From an archaeon (GTDB lineage Archaea > Nanobdellota > Nanobdellia > Pacearchaeales > GW2011-AR1), in the NCBI GenBank assembly GCA_030605415.1, contig JAUWIJ010000003.1:4441-68440 (forward strand): 64,000 nt of DNA. Direction: 5' to 3'. Position numbers and translations under genes: made by a program. A model generated the notes under the pieces. The model ran no database searches, had not been told where the DNA came from, and was given only the letters and a program-made list of their open reading frames with translations. Shown here piece by piece: positions 17,026 to 26,731 of this stretch (its first letter is position 1; each line of letters begins with the position of its first letter).

Positions 17026-17322
17026 TTATTTTACACCCACACATTCTCCATTAATGTATTCACATGATTCAATTTTACAATTAAACATTGCCATACAAAA
17101 TTGATTTTCAGGACATTCGGACAAATTTACAGAATAGTCATCCACTTCATTTTCTAAAACACATTTCTCTTCTCCTCCCATATTACAAGGGCAACATGTA
17201 GTTTGAATTTTCACACACTCCACCTCCTCCTCGCTATTGTACTCCCCAACAAACCAAAAAAATCCTGCGACTAATAAAATTCCCACAATGACAATTGTTC
17301 CGATTAGACCTCTTTTATTCAT
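17026..17322 (-). CDS. small Cys-rich membrane-anchored or secreted protein
   Basis: 98 aa with an N-terminal TM and 12 Cys in ~65 residues. It lies immediately upstream of the S8 protease on the same strand. Confidence 0.45.
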   Translation of the reverse strand: MNKRGLIGTIVIVGILLVAGFFWFVGEYNSEEEVECVKIQTTCCPCNMGGEEKCVLENEVDDYSVNLSECPENQFCMAMFNCKIESCEYINGECVGVK

Positions 17323-17360
17323 ATCAAATTAAGAATATTCGTTATTAAAAATATTGCTAT

Positions 17361-17676
17361 TGGACGAGAACTCAGAACTCGGTGGACGGGAAGTCCAGAT
17401 CTCAGAACTCCAACGAGAACTCAGAATTCAGATCTCAGAACTCCAACGAGAACTCAGATCTCAGAACTCAGATTTCAGAGGGGGACGGGGAGCTGGGGGC
17501 GGGGGGCACGCCCCCGGAGGGTAGGGCTTTTGGGAGTGGTGGTTCTAAGCTCTAAGAGTGAATGAAATGAACGGTCTGAGTTCTGAGTTCTAGGGAGTGG
17601 AACGACCTCTAAGAGCGAATGAAATGAGCGGTCTAAGTTCTAAGTTCTCAGTTCTGTTTTGAGCAAGAGACGAGCG
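17361..17676 (+). mobile_element. MITE-like foldback element, copy A (AGAACTC arm, GC-rich core, GAGTTCT arm)
   Basis: The ends tggacgagaactcag ... gagcaagagacgagcg match copy B at 44331-44563. The ~108-nt core 17501-17608 is near-identical to 44433-44541. No ORF. Confidence 0.65.
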
Positions 17677-17730
17677 AAAAACAATAACATTAAACTTTAA
17701 AAACTCCGACGTCCACAAATTTCTAGCAAG

Positions 17731-19062
17731 ATGGTGAAAATACACACAGTTGGCGGGTTCTCGGAAGTTGGAAAAAATATGGTTGTCCTTGAGTTGGAAG
17801 AAGATGCATTTATTTTTGATGAAGGATTTTTCTTGCCGGCAATCGTATCAATGCAGGAACGAGACAAGGTTATGACCGAGCGACGATTAAAATCAATTAA
17901 GGCTGTTCCAGAAGATTCTGTAATTAATAAAATTAAACATAAAGTTAGGGCTCAGTTTATCAGTCACGCACACCTCGACCACGTCGGCGCAATTCCTTTT
18001 TTATCAGATAAATACAATGCACCGATTTATGGAACTCCGTTCACAATGCAAGTTTTAGATTCCTTATTGAACGACAACGACATCGTCCTTAAAAACAAAA
18101 CTTTTGCAATAAAGCCAAACACTACGTTTTATATTAATGGTAAAAACAGAAAATACAAAGTAGATTTTATAAACATAACCCATTCAACAGCACAGTGTCT
18201 AATGATTGCAATTCAAACACCGAAGGGAGCAATTATTTACGCAAACGATTTCAAACTCGATGACACCCCAGTTTTAGGACTAAAACCGAATTATAAGAGA
18301 CTAAGAGAAATAGCAAAAGAAGGCGTTCTGGCTTTTGTGGTAGATTCTCTCTATTCTGGCTCCGAAAGAAAAACTCCCTCTGAAAAAGTAGCAAGGGTTT
18401 TACTTGAAGAAGTTTTATTAACAATCCAGAACAGAAATGCCGGAATGATTGTAACAACATTTTCTTCCCACATTGCCAGACTGAAGTCAATTGTCGAATT
18501 TGGAAAAAAGTTAAATCGGGAAGTGGTTTTACTGGGAAGAAGTATGGACAAGTATTCAACCGCCGCAAAAAATGTAGGCATCGCACCTTTTCTAAACGAC
18601 ATAAAAATTTCAAAATACCGAAGACAAGTAGAAAAAATTTTACACAAAGTGGAAAGAAGAAGAAAGGATTATCTAATTGTTTGCACCGGGCATCAGGGCG
18701 AACCTGGTTCAATACTAGAAAGATTATCGCGACATCAACTTCCATTTAGATTAAATAGGGACGACAGCATCGTTTTTTCATCCAGCGTAATCCCCTCTCC
18801 AGTCAATATAGAACAATTTGCAAAGATGGAAGCTCGCCTTAAAAAATCCAAGCCAAGAATTTTTAGGGATGCTCATGTTTCTGGACATGGAGGCAGAGAA
18901 GACCTTCGGGATATTATGCAAATAATAAATCCTCAACATGTTATCCCATCTCATGGCGGACTCGACAAAACACGACCAATGGCAGACTTGGTAAAAGAAT
19001 TGGGCTACAAGCTCGGAAAGCAATGCCACCTAATGCAAGATGGAGGCATTCTAAAATTGTAG
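17731..19062 (+). CDS. rnj: archaeal RNase J (metallo-beta-lactamase / beta-CASP ribonuclease)
   Basis: The motif is SHAHLDHVGAIPFL, with beta-CASP region motifs (HVSGHGGREDL). The 443-aa size is typical of aRNase J. Confidence 0.8.
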   Translation: MVKIHTVGGFSEVGKNMVVLELEEDAFIFDEGFFLPAIVSMQERDKVMTERRLKSIKAVPEDSVINKIKHKVRAQFISHAHLDHVGAIPFLSDKYNAPIYGTPFTMQVLDSLLNDNDIVLKNKTFAIKPNTTFYINGKNRKYKVDFINITHSTAQCLMIAIQTPKGAIIYANDFKLDDTPVLGLKPNYKRLREIAKEGVLAFVVDSLYSGSERKTPSEKVARVLLEEVLLTIQNRNAGMIVTTFSSHIARLKSIVEFGKKLNREVVLLGRSMDKYSTAAKNVGIAPFLNDIKISKYRRQVEKILHKVERRRKDYLIVCTGHQGEPGSILERLSRHQLPFRLNRDDSIVFSSSVIPSPVNIEQFAKMEARLKKSKPRIFRDAHVSGHGGREDLRDIMQIINPQHVIPSHGGLDKTRPMADLVKELGYKLGKQCHLMQDGGILKL

Positions 19063-19436
19063 CATCACCAACCCCAAACCGAGAAGAAGAATTAATCGGC
19101 GGATTAAAAAACGCACTCGACCGAGGAGAAACACTGACAAAGGCAAAACAAAGTTTCATTAGTGCAGGATACAAACCAGCCGAAGTTGCAACGGCAGTTC
19201 AAAAAATACCAACAGCAACTTCACAAATCGGAAGACAAATGGTCGCACCATCTGAAACTCCAACTAAACCACAGGGAACTCCAGCAGAAGCAAACTCTTT
19301 ACCAATAAATCCGATAGTGACGACAGGGCAACAAAAAACCCTCTCAAAAAAATTCATAATAATCCTAATCTCTATTGCGGTAATAATTCTAATTGGTGCT
19401 GCGGTTCTGGGGATTTTCTGGAATAAAATATTTTAA
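19023..19436 (+). CDS. hypothetical protein with a C-terminal TM anchor
   Basis: The ORF overlaps the rnj end by 40 nt. The TM is FIIILISIAVIILIGAAVLGIFW. The start codon is uncertain. Confidence 0.35.
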   Translation: MPPNARWRHSKIVASPTPNREEELIGGLKNALDRGETLTKAKQSFISAGYKPAEVATAVQKIPTATSQIGRQMVAPSETPTKPQGTPAEANSLPINPIVTTGQQKTLSKKFIIILISIAVIILIGAAVLGIFWNKIF

Positions 19437-20113
19437 TGGAAATTTACCAGCCCGCCGAAGATTCATATTTTTTCGCAGATTTTTTAAAAAAATACCTCAC
19501 TACCAACTACTCACTACCAACTACTCACTATTTGGATATGGGCTCTGGCTCTGGAATTCTATCTGAAACTGCATCAAAATTTTTAGACAAAAAAAACATT
19601 TTAGCCACCGATATAAATTCATCTGCAATAAAATTATTAAAACAAAAAAAGATTAATGCAATCAAAACAAATCTTTTTGAAATTTTTGGTAGAACAAGTC
19701 GTGCTTCACAAATCCCAAATCCCAAATCCCTCGTCGCTCCCCTCCCCTGCCCCACAAATCCCAAATACCAAATACCAAATCCCTCGCTTGCAAATCCCAA
19801 ATCCCGAATACCAAATCCCTCGTCTATGTCCCAAATCCCTCGTTTCGACCTAATAACTTTCAACGCACCCTATCTCCCTCTCGATTCACGCGAACCAAAA
19901 TCATCACAACTTGCAACAACTGGCGGGAAAAAAGGCGATGAAATTTCACTAGAATTTTTAAAGCAGGCAAAAAAACATCTGAACAAAAACGGCAAAATAT
20001 TTCTCCTGATTTCGAGTCTAACACCAATGGATAAAATAAAAAGGTTCAATCCGAAAATAGTTGCAAAGAAGAAAATATTTATGGAAGAGTTATTGATATT
20101 AGAGTTTAGCTAA
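19436..20113 (+). CDS. HemK/Mtq2-like SAM-dependent methyltransferase with two repeat-derived inserts
   Basis: Motif I is LDMGSGSGILS and motif IV is FNAPYLP (a variant of NPPY). Confidence 0.6.
   Translation: MEIYQPAEDSYFFADFLKKYLTTNYSLPTTHYLDMGSGSGILSETASKFLDKKNILATDINSSAIKLLKQKKINAIKTNLFEIFGRTSRASQIPNPKSLVAPLPCPTNPKYQIPNPSLANPKSRIPNPSSMSQIPRFDLITFNAPYLPLDSREPKSSQLATTGGKKGDEISLEFLKQAKKHLNKNGKIFLLISSLTPMDKIKRFNPKIVAKKKIFMEELLILEFS
19498..19530 (+). repeat. (CACTACCAACTACT)x2 array inside the methyltransferase CDS
   Basis: Read directly. It encodes LTTNYSLPTTHY. Confidence 0.85.
19707..19842 (+). repeat. CCCAAAT-type array inside the methyltransferase CDS
   Basis: CACAAATCCCAAATCCCAAATCCCTCG is followed by variants. 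It encodes QIPNPKS...QIPNPS...RIPNPS between motif I and motif IV. Confidence 0.9.
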
Positions 20114-20662
20114 ATATTTTTTAACAGAAATAAAAGCAACTGAGACTCCCACAATAGCAGTCAAAAGAACAATTAAAATATTTCTCAACAATGAATCTAC
20201 AGAAATCAAAGCAAAGTTCAGAGCATAAATTCCAAAAACATAGAGAACAAAATAATAAATATAAATTGACAATGTTTTCCATTCTGTCACCTCGCTATCC
20301 TCAATAACTTCCCTCAAATAAACTGCAATCGCAAAACCAATTCCGATTAGAACTAAAGCAGTAGTCAGGGCAGGAATAACTACTAAAACCCGAGTAATAA
20401 AATCTCCAATAATTGGAACAGAAAATTTACTAAGAGAAATTATTAAAAATGTGATATAAATTGACCATTTAATAACTATAATAATTAACCTGACAAAACT
20501 ATCCCGAATTTTTTTATTAATATCTATTGCTTTGATGAGTTTTAATAATAAATGAGAAACTAAATTTGCAAAAAGAATACCAAAAAGTAAAATTCCTATA
20601 GCTAAAAAAATTTCAAATAACAGACTTCCTATAGTATTTGTAACCATCCAGTTAAATAACAT
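20099..20662 (-). CDS. integral membrane protein (about 5 TM), unknown function
   Basis: Hydrophobic 187-aa ORF. No family recognised. Confidence 0.45.
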   Translation of the reverse strand: MLFNWMVTNTIGSLLFEIFLAIGILLFGILFANLVSHLLLKLIKAIDINKKIRDSFVRLIIIVIKWSIYITFLIISLSKFSVPIIGDFITRVLVVIPALTTALVLIGIGFAIAVYLREVIEDSEVTEWKTLSIYIYYFVLYVFGIYALNFALISVDSLLRNILIVLLTAIVGVSVAFISVKKYLAKL

Positions 20663-20696
20663 ATTTTATACAATATTTCTCCATTTAAAAGGTTGA

Positions 20697-21482
20697 TTAT
20701 TTAAAATAATCCCCTTTTCTTAATTTATTAATAATATGATTCATGGCAACATTTTGCTTATTTTTATCTTTTGATTTTTGATTAGAATGGACTCTATAGA
20801 CATAAGCATTCAATGGCAAATGTTTTATCTTGTAACCAGCACCAATAATTTGTAGCCAAAAATCGAAATCCTCTATATCTCTAAGCTCTTCATCCATTCT
20901 AATTCCATCGTCGATAATCTTCCTTCTAAAGATAGCGCTAGACGCAGGTATATATTCAGTGGGATTCAATATTTGAAAAGCCTCTTTTATTTTTAAAAGT
21001 TTTTTATTATCATTATAAATATCCTTTAAAATTTTAAGAGGTTCATTAATATTTTCAAATTCTACAGATTTTTGAAATTTCTTTGTGCTATTATCCATAC
21101 GATAAATAAAAATATTGCCATAAACCATATCAATTCCATCATTTTTATCCAAAAAAGCTACCTGTCTTTTCAACCTTCCCGAAATATTTATATCATCCGA
21201 ATCAAATAAAGCGATGTAATTTCCATTAGCTAAAGTAAATCCGTAATTAATAACACTCTTTTTCCCAAGATTTTCATTATTTTTGTAAGCCCTTACGCGA
21301 TTATCACGTTTCGCATATTTCTCCAATATCTCAAAAGAATTATCCTCAGAACAATCATCAATAGCAATTAGTTCAAAATCATAAAAATCATCTTTTAAGA
21401 AAGATTCAATAGTTTCATCAAGATATTTTCCAACATTATAAACAGGAATAATTATAGACAATAAGGATTTTTTATTCAACAT
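20697..21482 (-). CDS. family 2 glycosyltransferase
   Basis: LSIIIPVYNVGKYLDETIESFL and IAIDDCSEDNS are GT2 signatures. Confidence 0.8.
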   Translation of the reverse strand: MLNKKSLLSIIIPVYNVGKYLDETIESFLKDDFYDFELIAIDDCSEDNSFEILEKYAKRDNRVRAYKNNENLGKKSVINYGFTLANGNYIALFDSDDINISGRLKRQVAFLDKNDGIDMVYGNIFIYRMDNSTKKFQKSVEFENINEPLKILKDIYNDNKKLLKIKEAFQILNPTEYIPASSAIFRRKIIDDGIRMDEELRDIEDFDFWLQIIGAGYKIKHLPLNAYVYRVHSNQKSKDKNKQNVAMNHIINKLRKGDYFK

Positions 21483-22869
21483 TTTTTCCCTCTATATTTT
21501 CAAAAAAATTACTTAAATCAACATTTTTATCAGTTCCTTTCTTAATCAACATACAATAAAAATCAAAAGTCTGTTTTGCAATTTTGCTCCAAAAATATTT
21601 CTTAACTTTTTCTGATGCGCGACGAGAATATTTTTCCATAAGTACTGGATTATCTTTTAATTTAATAATGGAATTAATAAAATTAAATGGTTTTGGGGAA
21701 ATAATTATACCAGCATTACCTAACATTTCAGGAATTCCACCAACATTTGAACCAATCACAGGTTTGCCAAAAAGCATTGCTTCGAGTACCGTCGTAGGAA
21801 ACGAATCATATATTGAAGGCTGAATAAATATTGTAGATTCAAAATATAATTTCGCAATTTCATCTCTGGATAAATGAGCTTTATGCCAGATTAACCTTTT
21901 TGGATATTTTTTTTCTAATTTTTCTAATTTTTCTCGTATCACCATCATTTCTTCCATCATATTATTTTCTTCCAGGGATGAGACTATCTCAAATATTATT
22001 TCTTTATCGCGCGAAAGAGTTCCTTCGACTATTTCAGGCAATAATCCAATTCCTTTTTCCATGCTAAATCGACTGATATACAAAATTTTTCTCTCATTTT
22101 TTCTCTCAAATGTTGTATAAATCTTGCTGTCAACTCCGTTCGAAATCACAAAGATTTTTGACTCATTAAGATTATAATTTTTCACTATTAATTTTTTCAA
22201 AACCTCAGACACCGTGATGACAGAGTCCGCACAACTTAAAGCACTCTCCTGCCATTTTGAAACTTTCAAAAATTTACGTCTTTCTTTAGACATAAATTTT
22301 AATCTGATTTTTTCAATTGAATGAAGAGTATGTATCCATTTAATATTCAATAACTGCTTTGTCATTAATGCACCATTATAATTTGTATGAGAATGCACTA
22401 AATCAAATGGGCTATTGCTATGTTCTTTCACAATTTCATTAACAACTTTGGCATCAAAAATCATTAATGAAAGATTTTTTTTAATCAAATAGTCATCCGT
22501 TTGGATTCCATGAGAGGTATTTATTCTATGAATTACCAACTTGCCACTATTTTCAAAAAAATCAACTGTATATTTCTTATCCCCTATCGTAAAAATATGA
22601 ATTTCACAGCCTAACTTGGTTAACTCTTTATATAAATTAAATACATGTAAAGCTACTCCATTATCCGAAATACCCTTTTTATCCACATATTCAGACGTAA
22701 TTACTGCAATTTTTAGAGGTTGCCTAATTAATTTCCTAATATTAAAAATAAAATTATTAAAAAAAGTCATCCCAAAAGAAAACCTTTTTTCAGAATATTT
22801 ATATTTTTTTTTCTCAGTACCATCTGGTTCATCTTCTTCTGAATCCGAACTTTCATGGGCTTTTGCCAT
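21472..22869 (-). CDS. family 4 (GT-B) glycosyltransferase
   Basis: The C-terminal half contains FIQPSIYDSFPTTVLEAMLFGKPVIGSNVGGIPE (E-x7-E region). It overlaps the GT2 gene by 11 nt. Confidence 0.75.
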   Translation of the reverse strand: MAKAHESSDSEEDEPDGTEKKKYKYSEKRFSFGMTFFNNFIFNIRKLIRQPLKIAVITSEYVDKKGISDNGVALHVFNLYKELTKLGCEIHIFTIGDKKYTVDFFENSGKLVIHRINTSHGIQTDDYLIKKNLSLMIFDAKVVNEIVKEHSNSPFDLVHSHTNYNGALMTKQLLNIKWIHTLHSIEKIRLKFMSKERRKFLKVSKWQESALSCADSVITVSEVLKKLIVKNYNLNESKIFVISNGVDSKIYTTFERKNERKILYISRFSMEKGIGLLPEIVEGTLSRDKEIIFEIVSSLEENNMMEEMMVIREKLEKLEKKYPKRLIWHKAHLSRDEIAKLYFESTIFIQPSIYDSFPTTVLEAMLFGKPVIGSNVGGIPEMLGNAGIIISPKPFNFINSIIKLKDNPVLMEKYSRRASEKVKKYFWSKIAKQTFDFYCMLIKKGTDKNVDLSNFFENIEGKNVE

Positions 22870-23030
22870 TACCTAAACAAACCAAATCGCCTTAAAAAGC
22901 TAACTAATGCCTATTTCAAATCTTTGGAAAGAATAAAAAAGTTCAATCCACTACACAAACACACCCAATAAATCACAACTATATTTAAATATCTCACACA
23001 ACTTCTCAAATGTAAAATGGTGAAACAATT

Positions 23031-24227
23031 ATGATAAAATTCGCGCATCTGGCAGACTGTCATTTAGGTAGTTGGAGACAGGAAGAACTGCAAAAACTAA
23101 ATTTTCAGTCTTTTCAGAAAGTCATAGATAGATGTATTCAGGAAGAGGTTGAATTTATTTTAATCTCAGGTGACCTTTTCGACTCAGCATATCCCCCAAT
23201 AGAAATTTTAAAGGAGTCATTTGCAGAATTCAAAAAAGTTCATGATGCCAAAATACCAGTTTATTTAATCGCAGGTTCTCACGATTTTTCCGCATCAGGC
23301 AAAACATTTCTTGATGTTTTAGAGAAAGCTGGCTTCTGCAAAAACATAGAAAACTGGCAAACAGAAGAAGACGGGAGAATAAAACTAAAATCCCATATGC
23401 ACAATGACATTGCAATTTATGGATATCCCGGCAGAAAGTCAGGAATGGAAATTGAAGACCTGTCTAAAGTATATTTTGATTCATTTCATCCATTCACAAT
23501 TTTTATGATTCATACCACAATCAAAGATGTCGTCGGAACAATCCCAATGGAATCAATCGAAAAGCAAAAACTCCCTCTCGCAAATTACTACGCAATGGGA
23601 CACATCCACCAAGTCTTCGAAACTCGGGAAGCCAACTCTTGCTATGTTTACCCTGGACCAACATTCCCAAATAATTTTCAGGAACTATCTGATTTGCAAT
23701 ATGGCAGTTTCCAACTAACCGAATTTGACGGTGCAAACATAAAAACAAAAAATATCAAAATTCCACTAAAAGAAGTTGCTTCAATAGAAATAGAAATAGA
23801 TAACGGTTTAACTGCAACTCAACAAGTAATCGACGAGCTCGACAAACTAAATCTAAGAGACAAAATTGTTTTATTAAAATTGAAGGGAACCTTAACTCAA
23901 GGCAAAACAGGAGACATCCGTTTTAACGAAATAGAGGAATTCATAAAAAAGAAAGAGGCATTTGTTTCTCTTCGTAATATTTCATCAGTCAAAATTCAGG
24001 ATTCCGAATTTGAAATAGAATCATTTCCAACCGATAATGTCGAAAGTATCGAACGACAAATTCTCGGAGAATACTCACAAAAAAATCCAGCTGATTTTAA
24101 CAAACATCTTCCTCAACTAATGACTGCGCTTTCCGCCGAAAAGAATGAGGACGAAAAATCGAGCATTTACGAAGATAGACTTTTATCTGAACTAAAAAAT
24201 ATATTAAATATTAACCAGATGTTATAA
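23031..24227 (+). CDS. mre11: DNA double-strand break repair nuclease Mre11
   Basis: The phosphoesterase motifs are HLADCHLG, GDLFD, GSHD and GHIH. The gene is coupled to rad50 (TAATG overlap). Confidence 0.85.
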   Translation: MIKFAHLADCHLGSWRQEELQKLNFQSFQKVIDRCIQEEVEFILISGDLFDSAYPPIEILKESFAEFKKVHDAKIPVYLIAGSHDFSASGKTFLDVLEKAGFCKNIENWQTEEDGRIKLKSHMHNDIAIYGYPGRKSGMEIEDLSKVYFDSFHPFTIFMIHTTIKDVVGTIPMESIEKQKLPLANYYAMGHIHQVFETREANSCYVYPGPTFPNNFQELSDLQYGSFQLTEFDGANIKTKNIKIPLKEVASIEIEIDNGLTATQQVIDELDKLNLRDKIVLLKLKGTLTQGKTGDIRFNEIEEFIKKKEAFVSLRNISSVKIQDSEFEIESFPTDNVESIERQILGEYSQKNPADFNKHLPQLMTALSAEKNEDEKSSIYEDRLLSELKNILNINQML

Positions 24228-26269
24228 TGTTATTTAAAAAATTAACAATCCAAAATATCAGAAGCTACGAGAACCTGACAATCGAATTTCCAAAAGGCTC
24301 AATTCTTTTTGCGGGAGATATCGGTTCAGGGAAAACATCTATTCTTCTTGGGTTACAATTTGCACTTTTTGGTTTACAACCGGGGCAGAAAGGAACTTCA
24401 ATTTTAAGACAGGGAACTGATAACGCATATGCATGTTTGGAGATAGAGGTAGACGGAGAAATTATAACGCTCGAACGAACAATCAAAAAATCAAAAAATG
24501 GTGGAATAACCCAAGATTTGAACGCTATTACAATTGGCACGATGCGCACAGAACTTTCAACTTCTGAAATGAAAGACAGAGTAATTAAAATTTTAAACTA
24601 TCCAAAAGAGTTCGTCAAAAAATCAAACCTCCTATACAAATTTACCGTCTACATTCCACAGGAAGAAATGAAATCAATTATTCAGGAAAGACCAGAAATT
24701 CGACTTGATACCTTGCGACACATATTCGGAATCGATCGTTACAAGCGGATAAAAGACAACACGCAAATACTTTTGCAGAAACTCAAGGAGACAATAAAAA
24801 TCAAAGAAATTCTCGCATCAGAACTTAATCTTTTAAAGGAAAAATTTACATTGGAAAACGAGAAAAAAATTACACTGGTTAGGGAAGCGAATAATCTAAA
24901 TTTAGAATATCAAAACCTTATTTTAACAAAACAAAAGAGTGAGAATAAACTTACATCAAGTCAAGGCTTGATAGATGAAAAAAGGGAATTAGATTCAGAA
25001 TTGGGAAAATTAGAGGTTTTTCTTCAAGGCAAAAAAGATTTGGAATCTCGAATGAAAAAAGAAATTGTTTCAATGCAAAGGCAAACCCGTGAAAAATCGG
25101 ACTTTTCAGAAAATAGATTGAGCGCAGTTTCAGAATTATTAGAAAAACACAGAAAAATCCTTGACGAGGCAAACTCGAAATTCTTGGAATTATCTTCCCA
25201 GATTTCCGTTTTAAATTCTAAAAAAGAAAGACCGCTAAATCTCAAAAATAAAATAACATCCTTAGAAAATTGTCCAACCTGTCTACAGACTGTAAGTCAA
25301 AATCATAAAAACAGAATTGAAAAACAAACCCAATATGACATCGAAGAAATTAATCGCGAACTCGAACAAAAAATCCAGCAGAATCAAATATTGGTTAGCG
25401 AAATTGAAAACGAGAAAAAATTAGTACGAGATTACGAAATCGACAAAAATAATCTTCGGCAAGACAAGATAAAATATGAACACCAAAAAACTATCGAAAT
25501 AAAAATTAAGTCAGATGTATTTATTCTTGATAGGACATCAAATGAAATTAGCGAACTTCAAAACCAAATTAAAGAACTCCGAATAAAAATTCAAACATTT
25601 GCACAGTCTCAAGAAATTTTTGATTTGACCAAAAAAGCATTTCAAGAAATAAATGAAATCTCTCGGACGAAAGAAATTACCATGGCAACAAAAAATAAAG
25701 AACTGGAACTTTTGAGAATTAAACTTCAGGAACTTTCCGCAGAAATTCAAAATAAAGAACAAATTAGGGAAGATATCAATCATTTAAGGGGACTACAGGA
25801 TTGGATTCAGGAAAAATTTATAACAATGATAAATTTTACCGAGAAGAATGTGATGGTAAAACTCCGGAATGAATTTTCAACAATTTTCACAGAATGGTTT
25901 TCAATACTGGTTCCCGACTCTCTTTCTGTCCGTCTCGACGAGGATTTTACTCCAATAATTACAAATCAAGATTATGAAATCGACTATGATTTTCTTTCAG
26001 GCGGAGAACGAACCGCAACGGCACTGGCTTACCGACTTTCACTAAATCAGGTTTTAAATTCAATGTTATCAAATATAAAAACAAAAGATATAGTAATTTT
26101 AGATGAGCCCACCGACGGATTTGCAACCGAACAAATTGACAAGATGCGGGATATTTTTGAGCAACTTAAAGCCGAACAAATAATTTTAGTATCTCACGAA
26201 GAAAAAATCGAGGGGTTCGTCGACCACATAATTAGAGTTAGTAAAAATGGGGTTAGTAGAATTGAGTGA
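24227..26269 (+). CDS. rad50: DNA double-strand break repair ATPase Rad50 (short coiled coil)
   Basis: Walker A is GDIGSGKTSIL, the zinc hook is CPTC, the signature motif is LSGGE, and Walker B is VILDEPTDG. Confidence 0.85.
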   Translation: MLFKKLTIQNIRSYENLTIEFPKGSILFAGDIGSGKTSILLGLQFALFGLQPGQKGTSILRQGTDNAYACLEIEVDGEIITLERTIKKSKNGGITQDLNAITIGTMRTELSTSEMKDRVIKILNYPKEFVKKSNLLYKFTVYIPQEEMKSIIQERPEIRLDTLRHIFGIDRYKRIKDNTQILLQKLKETIKIKEILASELNLLKEKFTLENEKKITLVREANNLNLEYQNLILTKQKSENKLTSSQGLIDEKRELDSELGKLEVFLQGKKDLESRMKKEIVSMQRQTREKSDFSENRLSAVSELLEKHRKILDEANSKFLELSSQISVLNSKKERPLNLKNKITSLENCPTCLQTVSQNHKNRIEKQTQYDIEEINRELEQKIQQNQILVSEIENEKKLVRDYEIDKNNLRQDKIKYEHQKTIEIKIKSDVFILDRTSNEISELQNQIKELRIKIQTFAQSQEIFDLTKKAFQEINEISRTKEITMATKNKELELLRIKLQELSAEIQNKEQIREDINHLRGLQDWIQEKFITMINFTEKNVMVKLRNEFSTIFTEWFSILVPDSLSVRLDEDFTPIITNQDYEIDYDFLSGGERTATALAYRLSLNQVLNSMLSNIKTKDIVILDEPTDGFATEQIDKMRDIFEQLKAEQIILVSHEEKIEGFVDHIIRVSKNGVSRIE

Positions 26270-26283
26270 TTAGAAACACTTAG

Positions 26284-26401
26284 CTCACCAGAGATACCTA
26301 CTGGGTGAAAACCTCGGTTTTTAAAAGTTCAACCAAAACCTTTATCTCACCAGAGATACCTACTGGGTGAAAACCTCGGTTTTTAAAAGTTCAACCAAAA
26401 C
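26284..26401 (+). repeat. perfect 56-nt direct repeat x2 separated by 6 nt
   Basis: ctcaccagagatacctactgggtgaaaacctcggtttttaaaagttcaaccaaaac occurs at 26284-26339 and again at 26346-26401. Confidence 0.95.
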
Positions 26402-26431
26402 TTTTAAAAACCAAATTCCGCCCATATATCT

Positions 26432-26686
26432 ATGGAAATTAAGATTCTAAAAGATGAGAAAAATAAGCTGGATGTGGAATTATCCAGTTTGACCATAGCA
26501 GAAGTTCTTAGAGTCTATCTAAACAAAGAAGGCGCAAAATTAGCGGTTTGGAAACGGGAACACCCGACGAAAAATCCGGTTCTACACATAGAAGCAGACA
26601 ACCCCAAAAAACTCTTGAAAAAAGCAATCGCAACACTGGAAAAAGAAATTGACAGTATAGTAGACGAATTCAAAAAGTTAAAATAA
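26432..26686 (+). CDS. rpoL: DNA-directed RNA polymerase subunit L (Rpo11)
   Basis: 84 aa. LTIAEVLRVYLNKEGAKLAVWKREHP fits the Rpb11/RpoL pattern. Confidence 0.7.
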   Translation: MEIKILKDEKNKLDVELSSLTIAEVLRVYLNKEGAKLAVWKREHPTKNPVLHIEADNPKKLLKKAIATLEKEIDSIVDEFKKLK

Positions 26687-26731
26687 TTCTAACATATAAA
26701 TCCTTTTAATCTCAACCCACTCAATAAGTTT

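Noticed and set aside
17547-17660. A C/D box sRNA in the repeated gaatgaaatga..ctga units.
   Set aside because: The box C consensus (RUGAUGA) is not matched (AAUGAAA). The units are part of a dispersed element. No guide-like unique sequence lies between the boxes.
26284-26401. A possible CRISPR array.
   Set aside because: There are only two repeat copies, each 56 nt long with a 6-nt gap. There are no spacers of plausible length and no cas genes in the window.
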